A stretch of 60,114 nt of DNA, filler included, from Hausera hauseri (Eukaryota), in NCBI GenBank assembly GCA_046269625.1. It is 11 parts of 11 records of this genome, joined end to end, with 100 filler letters (N's around TTAATTAATTAA, not from the genome) between each part and the next. Parts side by side here need not be neighbours in the genome. Positions count along the whole stretch, not along the records: positions 1 to 4,278 come from JBJURY010661663.1; positions 4,379 to 9,194 come from JBJURY010425586.1; positions 9,295 to 14,280 come from JBJURY010370149.1; 8 more parts are not named here. One strand, written 5' to 3'. The position numbers were made by a program, and so were the translations under genes. Positions 1 to 12,200 of this stretch are shown here, in pieces. The notes under the pieces were generated by a model that saw nothing but the letters and a program-made list of their open reading frames with translations, was not told the origin of the DNA and made no database searches. Within the stretch, counting starts at the first letter, position 1; every line of letters starts with the position of its first letter.

Positions 1-1379
1 ACATCAGCTTCATCGGACGTACCTTTGTAACATTTGACTGATTCCAAAACTTTATTATATTCAAAAAATACTGCTAATTTTGATAGACTGTTTTCTTGGC
101 ATAATTTGTCGGATTTTGATCCATTTTTCACATTTGTCGATTTTATTTTGGGACTTTTAGTTCTTGATAAACTTCATGATTTGAATATTTTCTCAATATC
201 TTTCTCGGTGATAATGTGAAGAATTTTCGTTTACTATTTTTGATTTTGTAGGTTTTTCTGGTTCCGATATGAAGTCGATATCATCCGTTGAATCTACGCA
301 TTGTTCAATTGGAGTATCGCATGTTTCATCGATTTTGGATCAAGTATAGATATTTCTTCAATAATAATTTCACAGAGAAAAGCTTCTAATGGCGGAATTT
401 CTTGGTGTCTTGGCATGGAAGATCATCGCTTAGTTTTTTATCTTCCACATTCTTTTCCGTGAATTCCTTTTGTAATATTAATGTTTCCGGATTATTAAAT
501 TCAATTTGAAATGTTTATAATGGGAATTTCTTTGGATTCTTTCACCGTTGTTTTAATGGTTCTTTGAAAATCACTTCACAAATACTGGCATTGTCGGAAT
601 ATTTTACGAATGTTGATCCAGTGTAATCAACGTTAATGTCTATGCACTCCGAGTTTGGTATTTAAGAATGCGCTTCGTTGGTGTTATTTGCCATGTTGCT
701 GTGAGTATATGGTTTGGTTAGACTTATCGTGTTACTGCTATTGTTCGGTTGTGCACCTGACGATTTCGGTCGAACGTTCACCGTATTACCAATCATTGGT
801 CCCGTATGTAGTTCGCAGCTGGGCCCTACGGGGTCATAGTTATAGAACTCGTACGGGTTGTAAAAGTGCTGTACAATTGTGGATTACTGTACATATAGGA
901 ATAGAAATAATCCTGGTAGATATATGGCAACATGGTGTACGGATAATACAGACTAGAATTCGGTAATTTCCAGCCTTTGGTACAATTGGTCTTGTCGCGC
1001 GGAACGGCAATTTGAACTTCAAATCGTTTCCTGTAAGTCCATTACTGATTTAAATGTTTCGCGAACAATTTCATCTTGAGGATTCGCTTGCATGTGTCCT
1101 CCTACTTCCCCAATTTGTATATCATCTAATAAAAGGTCAAAGTCATCCCAAAATTCATCAGACATTAGACTTCAAAAAAATATAAGCAAATATTCTCAAC
1201 GCGAGGAGTCGGACCCGACTATTGATCCGACGGAGCGACAGCGGACACCCGGCCGTACTCGACCAAATGGACCAAAGGGTACCGGCCGCGATGGGCACCA
1301 CACCTGGTCCGTTATGATGTGACGTGGTGAGCCATAACGGCTGACCCATATCTTGATAAATGTATCTGCTATTAAGTCA

Positions 1380-4206
1380 GTGTTGGTTGATCGAAGCGGA
1401 ACGGCCTACGGCTAGCGAGAAGCACGATCAATCATGGATAAGATATATTGGTAGCCGTTATCGGATGGTAAAGGACCGACAAGATCTAAATGAACAGTGT
1501 CAAAACTTAATGTGCAAGGGAAGTGGTAAAGTGGTGGTTTGAAGTGTTTGTGGATCTTGTATTGCTGGCATACTGCACATCCATTAACCCAGATTTGTAC
1601 ATCTGTACGCATAGTTGGCCATACAACGTGGCGTTGCAGTAGACGAAATGTGGATTTCGAACCCGGATTATGAAGAGAGTGAAAGTGAGTGAAAGCTGTT
1701 TTTGTAACGATGGAGCAAGAATGATTTTGTTATTGGTCGAGTTGTATGTGTCGTAGGCGATACCATCGATGATCTCAACAAATTTAAAAGCTTGTAGAAT
1801 ATCAGATGATGGCTGATTACTTCTTAGGATTTCAGAGAAAACTGGCTGAAGTGTAACTGAGTTGACCGACCGCGACAGGAAGTCTGCTACTAAATTTTCA
1901 GTGCCTGAAATATATTTCATAGAAAAACTGATTATTGACAGGTATGATACTGTCCTTCTTGTCTGGGTGATGGCTGTTTTAACGTCATGATATGAAGTAT
2001 AGGCTTATGGTCGGTTTGGATGACAAATTGACGTGATAGAAGCAAATGTTTGAAATGCTTTACAGCTAAAACTATGGCCAGGAACTCACGATCGAATGTT
2101 GAATACTGACTTTCTGGTTGTGTGACCTTTCGGGAATAGAATTTTAGCGGCTCATCGGCAACATTGCATATTTGGTGTAATATCGCACCAGTGACTGTGG
2201 TGGAGGCATCGGTGGTTAGTATTAGTTCCGCGTTGTATTTTGGAAAAGCAAAGATTTCAACGGTTTTCAGACCTTCACGAAAGCGATCAAATTGGTTTAT
2301 TAGATCGGGAGTCCAGTGGATTAGTTATCTTTTCTTCTCGGATGAGAGGTGCATAAAAGGTGCCGTTAGTTCGGAGCAGTGCAGCACGTATTTGTGTATG
2401 AAATGCAGTGTCCCTAGAAAACTACTCATGTCGGTAGTATTAGTTGGTAATGTTACATTTTTTAACTGTTGTAAGCGATCAGGCTAGTGGGAATGACCAT
2501 CGGGAGTAATTATATGGCCTAAGAAATTGATGCGTTTGTGGAAGAAATTACACTTGGAGAAATTAATTTGCAAGTTGTTTTGATGCAATCTGTGGAAAAT
2601 AATTCGGACGTGCTCATGATGTTGTTTGATGGAGGTGGAAGCGACTAGAATGTCGTCTGTGTATGGATGAGCAAAATCAAGACCTGCGAGAACGGTATCA
2701 ATATGGAGTTGAAAGGTCTGAGATGTCATAAGTAGGCCGAAATTCATGAAAATGTATTCACAAAATCCAAATGGTGTGATGACAGCAGTTTTTGGTATGT
2801 CATCAGGTGAAACAGGAATTTCATGATAGGCCTTGTACAGATCAATGATATAATTGGTATTGGTATTATTGAGGTTATGAAGGATATCCTTAATGAGTGG
2901 TGGTGGATAGGCATATGTAATAGTCAGGTTGTTTAATTGACGATAGTTGCCACATGGCTTATAGGTACCATCTTTCTTTGCTGCTGCATGAAGAGGAAAA
3001 ACCCATAGGTGAATTCGATCTCCGAATGATGCCAGACTTTTCCAGTTCATTAAATTCCTGTTCCACAGCTTTACGTCTGCGTGACGACAAGGGTCTGACC
3101 TATTGTTTGATAGGCCTCTGATGCTGTTACTATATGATGATAAGTTGAGGATGGAGGCTTAAAGTTTATGTCCCTTTAAACTATGCGAAAGCAAGACGTT
3201 ATGATGTAAGATTTAAGATCGGAGTATAGAGGTAAGAATGGTTGAGGCATATTATCGAAATAAAAAGTTGCAGAAATTGACAAAAAGCAACTGGCATTGC
3301 CACTGTCAACATCCTATTTGGATTTTTGTTCTAAAATAGATTTGTGACTGTTATTCATAATTGAAGAAATTTCGACTTTATCGAAAGTTTGTCAATAATT
3401 GACGAGACGTTCAACATATATACACAGTAGTGCAATGAATTGCTAGCTAGATTGCCTGTGAGACCTTTATTTGGATTTGCGATCAAATTACTGCGCAGCA
3501 TACAGCCGTATTTACAATCAACTAACATATCGTGTGCGGACAGGAAATTGGAGCTGATTATGGGTATATTTATGTTAGCGATGAACTTCCAAACAAACTT
3601 GTCTGGTAAGTGACGGAAGGTAAAAGTTAGCTCTGTGGTGCCAACAATACGCAAAGGCTGTCCACTGGCTGTGAAGAGTTGAGGCGAAGAAAAATTGTTG
3701 GACGTTGTAGCGAAAGATAGCGGTAAAGGGGAAAAGGCGGCTCTAAAGTCTATGAGAAAGTCTATATTTGATGAATTGTCAGAATATATTGCAGCTTTCA
3801 ACAGAAAGACTGCAGAGGTAGTATTAAGACGGCCAGAAGATTGCAATGTATTGCCTATACCAGAATGATTCGTGGAATATGGCGTAGTTATTTGTTTTTT
3901 GAAGGATTTGGAGAAAAAGAAGAATGGGAGGAAAAAAGAAGAAATATATATTTGTAATATTTGCAACCATGCACACATGATCTGGCCTGTAATTGATACT
4001 TATTGTGGTAGATGCAAATAGGGTTGTCCACAGAGTATCGCTCGCTGTAGAACCGGCAGACCAAGAAACATTTCCTTACATCCAATAGAAATTTCGTATA
4101 ATAGAAGCAAGCCATGCGTCCGCCAGGTGAAATGGATTGCCATTTTTGAATAGGTTTTCGACCATGACGAATCGATTGTCAACATCGGATTCTTTGAATT
4201 ATGCAC
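1380..4206 (-). mobile_element. Decayed Ty3/Gypsy LTR retrotransposon (CsRn1/Kabuki-like), gag-PR-RT-RH-IN fragments
   Basis: Gag CHCC-like motifs (CIYHNKYQLQARSCVHGC); protease remnant FLIDFRAAFS; RT (PLH..KKDG..PCGNYRQLN, TPFG, YTDDIL); RNase H (TTDAS, FDRE, TDHKP, NLVADFLSR); integrase HHCC and VHLDLVGPLP. Many stops and frameshifts. Confidence 0.9.
2484..3050 (-). pseudogene. Reverse transcriptase fragment of the Gypsy element
   Basis: ORF with DIPKTAVITPFG, YTDDILV, SKCNF...FLGH. Confidence 0.9.
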
Positions 4207-4278
4207 ACATCATTGAATATTCGAGTTCAAATAGCTAATTATTCGAGTTCGAATATTCTTTTTGATCATCTAACTTCA

Positions 4279-4378
4279 NNNNNNNNNNNNNNNNNNNNNN
4301 NNNNNNNNNNNNNNNNNNNNNNTTAATTAATTAANNNNNNNNNNNNNNNNNNNNNNNNNNNNNNNNNNNNNNNNNNNN
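4279..4378. other. Artificial contig-joining spacer (first of ten)
   Basis: N-run + TTAATTAATTAA (stops in six frames) + N-run, 100 nt. Identical spacers at 9195-9294, 14281-14380, 20602-20701, 24651-24750, 33504-33603, 38415-38514, 42776-42875, 49427-49526, 53609-53708. Confidence 0.98.
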
Positions 4379-4394
4379 GTACCATAAATGAGGG

Positions 4395-4985
4395 ATTTTA
4401 CTGTAAATATGGGTCATTTTTATAACAAATAATCAGAGACATGCAAAATATAATGCTGATTAATAATATGAGAAAGTTGTTAAAAATACGAAAAGCAATT
4501 TATCGAGTATGTCAAATAGCCCATTCGGTGCCTTTAAATATGACAGAATTTCACACTTTTTCAAATTCCCCCCTGAATTTAGGTATTTTGAACTTTGACA
4601 AAATTTTCTTTCCTTTTCTCGAACTAATATTTTATTTAATTCGATTTATAATGTTTTCTTCATGTTTTTCATAAATAAAAAATTCGGTCTTTAGTTTAGA
4701 TTTATACATGAGAGAATATGCAATTATTAAAAAGACAAATAAATTTTCTATTGACAATATTTCCAGAAAACATCATAAATCGAGTTAAATAAAATATTAG
4801 TTCGAGAAATGGAACGAAAATATTGTCAAAGTTCGAATTTCCTAAACATAGTGCGGAAAATTTTGTCACATTTAAAGGCTCCAAATGCCTTTTTAGGGTT
4901 CCTTGGCAAAACATTTTTTCGAATTATTAATCAGCATTATATTTTGAACATCTCTCTGACTATTTGTTACAAACAGCAGTAAAAT
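4395..4985. repeat. Long imperfect palindrome (MITE/foldback, ~590 bp)
   Basis: Arms match in inverted orientation (AAAATATAATGCTGATTAATAAT / ATTATTAATCAGCATTATATTTT; 4590-4660 vs 4766-4838). ORFs 4441-4674(+) and 4702-4914(-) share PFLELIFYL.RF.MFS. Confidence 0.85.
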
Positions 4986-6559
4986 TCGTTTCCTTGTGAG
5001 AAAGTATTTCTTGCTTGTATTTATAACTTTTTTACTATATCGATATTTAATATCGTGTTATAAATATAATACACACCGAAGGAGGGGGGTTAATCCCCTC
5101 CAGCCCATGGATATTATTTCATTGAATTTATCGTCCAACTTTTTGTACCTTATTCATTTTGAGAGCCACATATGCAAAAGCGTATTTTATGATGTAATAT
5201 AACTAAAATAACTAGTATGTTAAGCCCCATTTGGAAAAATCCTGGTCACGAAACGGACAATTTTTTATGAAAATGACCAAATCGCCAAATTTTTCGAATT
5301 GTACAACACTCACGCTTGGTAAATACATCAATCTAAAAGCGATTGAATTTTGACTAAAACGATTGATTCATTCGGATGATATAAATTAGACTCAGATAAC
5401 GGATAGAGATCAGATTTCATTAAATCGTTTCGAAAAACAAAACGAAATTCGACCGAAAAAAATTTTTTGGCAGTTTTTCTGCCTTTTAAAAATTATTCAA
5501 ATTTCCTTAATTCAGGCAGTGTTGTGGAAAGAAAATTTGGATTGAACCGGGTTAATCATGAGTCATATCACGAACCAGTCAATATTGATAAGTCAAGGCA
5601 ATTAGTTAATACTTGTAAACCCGTAAATCTTTACATTTTCTGACATTTTCATTACGACAAAAATATAGTCTCACCTCTGGAAACTGAAAATCTAATTGGA
5701 CACTGTGTATCGTGACTGAAATATGGTAAAAATATGAATTACTTTTCTTGTTTTTCTTTCTTTGTGTTATGGAAATAGTCACACGACTTGTTACTGAATT
5801 TGGAAAAATTTCGAAATATGTGCACGGAAATATCATGTTTTAACAGAGCTTTTGTGCACAGTTTCCGAAAATTGTATATATATTTTGTGAAGTAATTTAT
5901 TTAGGTTTCCAATTGAAAGAAAAGTTATATAAAAAGAGATATACAAAATACAATGATGATTAATAAAAAATATTCGGAAAGAAAGCCAAAAACAACTCAA
6001 TTAAAATCAGTATTATTTTGCATAGATAACGTGCGCACTATCTACAAATACAGTAATAACGTATGCATCAAATACCTGATAATTTGAGTAATTGATCATT
6101 TTTTGTTCGCGATAAATAATTACAAATATATACACAATTCTTAGTTTCCAGAAACATTAAACATTTTACCCCAATAAATAATCATAAAGGCATTTTTCTG
6201 ATCGGTTAAATAAATAAATTAAGAATTAAATATAAATTATATAAAAAATGTAAATTAAATAAATGTATCAAAACGTACTTTTATTTCTTGCATTAATTAA
6301 TCAACTGATTCACATTCAAAATTTTGTTTTTATATATGGTAAGATATATTGACCAATGCAGTCCACAGTCTCAAATAATGGACCTGGAGCATTGTTTTTG
6401 TGTCCAGTTTTTAGACCCAATTTGGTCGCAATTATTCGATTGAAAAATATTATTGTAATACAACTGGGTTTATTCCCAGACAAAAGTATTTGTGTTGATA
6501 TTAGTCAGTATTAACCGCTACTAGCGAGACTCCTATTGATATGATTTGGAAACATTGTA

Positions 6560-7095
6560 CGGAATTTTACATGTTCTACAAATACATTTTATGCTGATTA
6601 ATCATAAGAAAACAATTGTTGCAAACAAAACTAAAATAAGGTAATATTGACTTCTAAATGTTCCGTCATTTCGCACTTCTTCAATTTCCTCCTGAGCCAT
6701 TTTCGACTATTATTATTTGCCAAATTGTGTATTGTTGATGTTTTGTCGACCTAATAAATATCCATCTAATATTTGACTCATAACATGTCATCATTCATGT
6801 GTAAAGGTAATATTTATATAGAAGAAATATTTATGATGTAAATAATAATTAGACGAATACATTGTACTTTGACACAACATGAACGACAAACTGGAAATCC
6901 GCCCTAGGATAAAAAAGAAACGAATATTTGATGAAATTTTGAAATTCTTCTGCATTTAAGGGGGAAAAATGAAGAAGTACGAAATGGCGTATCATTTAAA
7001 AACTCGCTTTGCATAATCTTTAGTTTACTTGCAAAATTTTTTTCGTAGTATAAATTGTGTATAAATTGTGAACCTGCAGAACGTGTAGACCGTCT
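6560..7095. repeat. Diverged inverted-repeat element (MITE-like)
   Basis: CTAAATGTTCCGTCATTTCGCACTTCTTCAATTTCCTCCT (~6654) is the inverted copy of AAGGGGGAAAAATGAAGAAGTACGAAATGGCGTATCATTTA (~6958); boundaries approximate. Confidence 0.6.
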
Positions 7096-7916
7096 TCTAA
7101 CGACAAGAAATGTTGTCTAAAACTTTTCTCGAAATAGATCGTAAAAAATCTTATTCAACTTTGACAAGGCCGTCAATGTTTTTGGTGCATGTTGGCACTC
7201 CAATGATGGCAAATCTCAGATCTGGAACGTTGAGATCCGGGCTACTAGGAAGTGGGAAAAGAAACAAAAATGTTACACACATCTATATGGCATTTATATG
7301 TTTTAACTTCATCTTGAAGGTTTGAATAAGGTCGTGAATTAACATGTTGAACGCAGATATCAATTTTTGAATGTTTTTATCATTTTTGTTCAAAATCCGT
7401 AGATACAATCCAATTTGTTCAGCCTGCCTTATTTATGATTCTGTAATCAGATTTGGTGAACCATAGTATGCAACTATCGAATCAAAATAATGATAAGTTA
7501 TTGACTAGGAAAGGTTTATTGACGTTCAAAAGATTCCAATTCAATTGAAATAATTCACTTATTGTCTAACGGAAGTGTCAAAAAACAGCATTGCAAACGA
7601 TAATAGATAAAAAATGAAACAAGTAGACAAATGGGCTAAATGCGGATTTTAATGAAGTGATATACAATTACAATTTTTACTCATAAAAGTACTGCAGACT
7701 AAAAATGGTAATTCAGAAATCTAAATCGTTCGGCATTCATTACTAACTATAGCCCAGAAGGTGTAGAAAATTGCTCACCGGATGAGAAACTTGATGGAAA
7801 ATACGTATTGATATATGTTAATGACTATTTGAGTGACAATCATTATGCAATGGGCATAAAAATATCAGCAACAAAATTGCAATCAGCAATTTAATGCTTC
7901 TAAGTTGGACAGATTA

Positions 7917-9194
7917 CAGCGTGCGTCATAAATTCTCATACAAAGTTCGTTTGCATGCCAAAGATAACGCAAAGTTGGCTACATGCCAAATTTGTAAGCA
8001 ATAATACTATTGAAGATTGGTGTGTATAAATATACTAAATATTTGTTGTTTTCATTTTTAGTTGAGAAATGGCATCGATACAAAGTAAGATAGGTACCGT
8101 AATGGAGTTGGTAAATCTTGGATATTCATTTTCACATATTTTTAAGTTGTTGAAGTTAGTTGGTTATAAGCGTGATTTTATCTACCGCAGTATCAGACGT
8201 AATAAGGAGATTGGTGGTATTGCTGATCGCAAGCGCAATGGCCGCCCAAGCTGTATCCGTACCAAACAATTGATCCGAAATGTGGAGTCGCGAATATCAC
8301 GTCAGTAACGTCGGTCTGGGAGAAAGTTGGCTACAGATATGGGTGTATCTTAATCAACAGTGCGGTGTGTTATCCAAAAGGACCTTGGCTTGATTCCACT
8401 TAAAATGAGAAAACGTCAATTTCTCAGTGATCGCCTAAAGGTGGTCAGAAAGGAAAAATGTCAAGCAGACTTTTTCGGATCAGAAACTTTTCAACGTGGA
8501 AGCCAAGTGGAATGCTTAAAATATGAGGGTTTATGGTAAAAGTGTTAAAGAGTTGCTTGAAGGTGCTAATAAAATTCTGCGTACCTCCCACCTAGCATCA
8601 ATGATGGTATGGGCTGGTGTAAGTGCTAAAGGTAAGACATCGCTGGTATTTGTCGATCAAAGTGTCATACTCCGCTAAGACAATTAAATAAGTGATATAC
8701 TCAGACCTCATTTATTGCCTCTTGGTGCAACTATGTTCTCCAGTCGACCATGATGTTTCCAGCAGGATTTGGTGCCGGCGTACAAAGCCAAACGTATTCA
8801 GTCATGGTGTCGTGATGATTTATCCGGATTCATTACATCTGCTGAATGGCCTGTTTCTTCCCCCGACGTGTGTCCTTTAGATTACTTTGTATGGTCCAGG
8901 CTAAAGCAGATGGCTTGTGCTAAAAACCACAAAAGTTTGCCGGCGCTAAAACGTTCCCTTCTGAAGGCATGGCAGGAGTTACCTATGGATGAGGTGCGTT
9001 CTGTGATACACAACTGGAAAGACAGGCTGAGGGTATGTGTCCGAGCTAGAGACAATCACTTTGAAAAATAACTATAGTTTTTCATAAGGTACTTTATATT
9101 TTGTCATTTCATGTACTATCTTCGTTAGCTAATAAAAATAGTTCATAATGTGGTGAAGTTTTGGTGTAAATCAATTAACATCGCTCATTAAATT
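7917..9194 (+). mobile_element. Tc1/mariner superfamily transposon, DD37D (maT) family; right end cut by contig edge
   Basis: TA|CAGCGTGCGTC TIR-like start; transposase remnant inside. Confidence 0.8.
8069..9071 (+). pseudogene. DD37D transposase, disrupted
   Basis: HTH with RNGRP; FSDQKLF (D1); MVWAGVS; FQQD (D2); SPDVCPLDYFVW (D3). 37 residues between D2 and D3. Internal stops and frameshifts. Confidence 0.9.
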
Positions 9195-9294
9195 NNNNNN
9201 NNNNNNNNNNNNNNNNNNNNNNNNNNNNNNNNNNNNNNTTAATTAATTAANNNNNNNNNNNNNNNNNNNNNNNNNNNNNNNNNNNNNNNNNNNN

Positions 9295-12200
9295 CCAGTT
9301 TCAATGTTATTTCTTTCATGGACTTTCTATCATCAGGGTATATCTTCATCGACATAATCATAATTATTCGAATAACGTGTGTGAGGCATGTTAACCGATC
9401 AAGCCTTTCCTTTAATACACGTCCTGTCACATCAAATGATAAACCTTCTGGTTTTTTCTTATGTGGAAATATCGACCAGTCCTATGAATTATTTATTTCT
9501 TTGCGAGAATTTGTCCACCTTCTTTCGCAATCACCCGCAACGTCTAATGATTCTTTTGATTCAAATTTGGATTGCATTTTTATTATCGTTTTATTAACGT
9601 CCTTTTCGATATCTCCCAAAAGTTCAGGCTTGCAATTTTCATGATTTATCCCCTTTGAATTTACTTTTCTCCTTGATTTCTTTTCGGTAATTTGTGACTT
9701 TTCTTGTTTTCCATTCAAGGAAGACGATTTTGAATGTGTTGTTGTAGTATCTTTCTTTAACTTATTATTTTTACTTTCTTGATTTATACCATCACTTGAA
9801 AATCCTTGTTTCTTTGATACACATGACATTAATGTTTGTGATGGATCCCTTGATTGAGCCGAACCACTACATTTTGATTGATCTACTTGGGACAATTTTA
9901 TGTTGTCGATCAAAGATAATATTGATTCTCCTTTTCCTTTCGGAATCTGAACTTCTTGAATTTGAAACTTCCTCGATCCAACTTTGTAATCGGTTTCTGT
10001 TGATCTATTAACAACTAATCTGAATTCCTTTTGGTACCGTTGTTCTAACTCCCATAATCTATTTCCACTCTTGTGCGTTTCTTCTGCCCGAATCCAAAAG
10101 GATCTTATGAAATTGCTATTTGTTTTTCTTTCCTTTTCTTAACTTACCTCCGCATGTCCATCCCAATGGAGTAAAGCGTGCCACCGGATCTCCCAGCCTA
10201 CCATATACTTCCTTTATTGCACAGTGGAGTTCTATATAGTTGGCTCCGATAATACCATCTACCTCTAATGTATGGGACATTGTAGTAAACCTTAAATTCT
10301 TTAGATGGGGCCACTTTTGTTTTTCAGTAGACCAGTTTACTGCCTTCATCTTTCCGGTTGGACTCTTCATTGTCAATGCATCGAACTGAACATCTATTGA
10401 ACGGTCCATGCTTAGCAATTCCATTTTCACCCTGTCTACCATCATTTTGATTTTTCTCCCTCCAACAACCGTCACCTTCTGACTTTCTGTCTTCTTATCA
10501 ATACCTAATTTATTACATAGATTCGAGTTGATGAAGCTTTCTGTGCTTGCATTGTTTAGCAGCATTATTGCTTTTCTCATTTTATTCCCATTTTTTAACA
10601 ACACTGTCACTGTTCACAGTGCTATCAATTCTTCTTCGTTTTTTTGGCTTTGGTAACTCTTGGTTGGCTTGGCCATTGATCTTCCGTATTCTGGAGAAAT
10701 TCCGGGCCATTCCACCACTCTGTTTTACTTTGGAGTTCCTCGATACCTAACTTTCTCGATAGGTAGTCTGCCGGGTATTGTTCCGACTTCACGTAGTACC
10801 ATTGCCTTCCAACTGACTCCTCCTGAATATATCCAACTCTATTCGCAACGAACGTTTTATAATTTTTGCTACACCCTTTAATCCAATATAGCACATTCAT
10901 ACTGTCCGTCCAGTATCGTATCTCATCCTTACTCTTACCTAAATTCCTTCCCACTTTCTTTCCCAATTTAATTTCTATGCAAGCCGCCATCATCTCCAGC
11001 CTAGGTATAGCGACGGACTTTACTGGCGTCACATTGCCTTTTGAACATATAATCACCACTTGAATTTTCTCTTTTACAATCGACCTCAAGTAAGCAACCG
11101 CCCCATATCCCCATCTTAAGGCGTCATAAAATATGTGTATTTTACTGCTTCCGTCTTCTTGAAACTGTAGATTCCTCAAAATTTCAATTATACTTAATCT
11201 CTCCATTCCCTTCACCAATGTTTTTATCTTCTCGTTCAAATCCTCCGGAACTTTCTCATCCCAATCTACATCCATTTTCCACAGTTTTTGTAAGTACATC
11301 TTGCCTAACAACGTATAACAATTAAGAAAACCCAGCGGATCGAAAACCTTTGCCAGAACACTCAACAATGTCCTTTTCGTTATTTCCAAACCTTGCTTAT
11401 CTCTATCTTCAAATTCGAATTCATCATCTTCAACCCTCCACTTCATACCTAACGTTTTGGTAACTACTTCCGTCTTTTCCACTATATTGAATTCTTTTGC
11501 TCGACTTGAAATGGGTATTAAATTTATCAACTCGTCAGAATTCGACACCCATTTATGAGGTTCCATTCCAGCTGTTTTCCAAATCTCGTTTAATTTGTTA
11601 TACACAGATACAGCTTCCTTTTCAGTACTGACTGAGTCGATGCAGTCATCCATATACGTAGAACATTCAATTGTTTCTACAGCTCTTGGGTATTTATCCT
11701 TAAACTTTTCGGCATTATATCTTGAAATTAACTGCGCCAAAAACGGGGAAGCATTCAAACAGAATACCAACCAGTTGAACTTATACGTCTTGAGTCATCC
11801 ATCCTTATACCATAGGAATCTCAAGTATTTCCTATCTTCTGGCTTTACCTTAATTCGCAAAAACATTTCTTGAATATCACATATTACTAACCATTGACGT
11901 TTTCTCATTCTCAGTAGTATATCCACAATGTCCAGTTGCAATTTTGGACAAGGTTCTAGAAAGTCATTTAGACATTTTCCCCGATATTTCGAAGTGGCGT
12001 CGAAAACTATTCAACATTTTGTGGTTTCCCTGTCAATTTTCATTACAGGGAAATGTGGTAAGAGCCAAGCCGATTACCGTTCCTCATGCTCTTCAACCAC
12101 TCGAATATATATTTTTTCAGTATGGGCTTTTATTACCTTATCATAGGCCATCTTAGCCTTTTTATCCTTACCCAACTTATTCCTTAGAATATTTAGTCGT

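Noticed and set aside
1-1340. Possible decayed ORF on the minus strand and a GC-rich patch at 1200-1320
   Set aside because: No recognisable motif; cannot be assigned.
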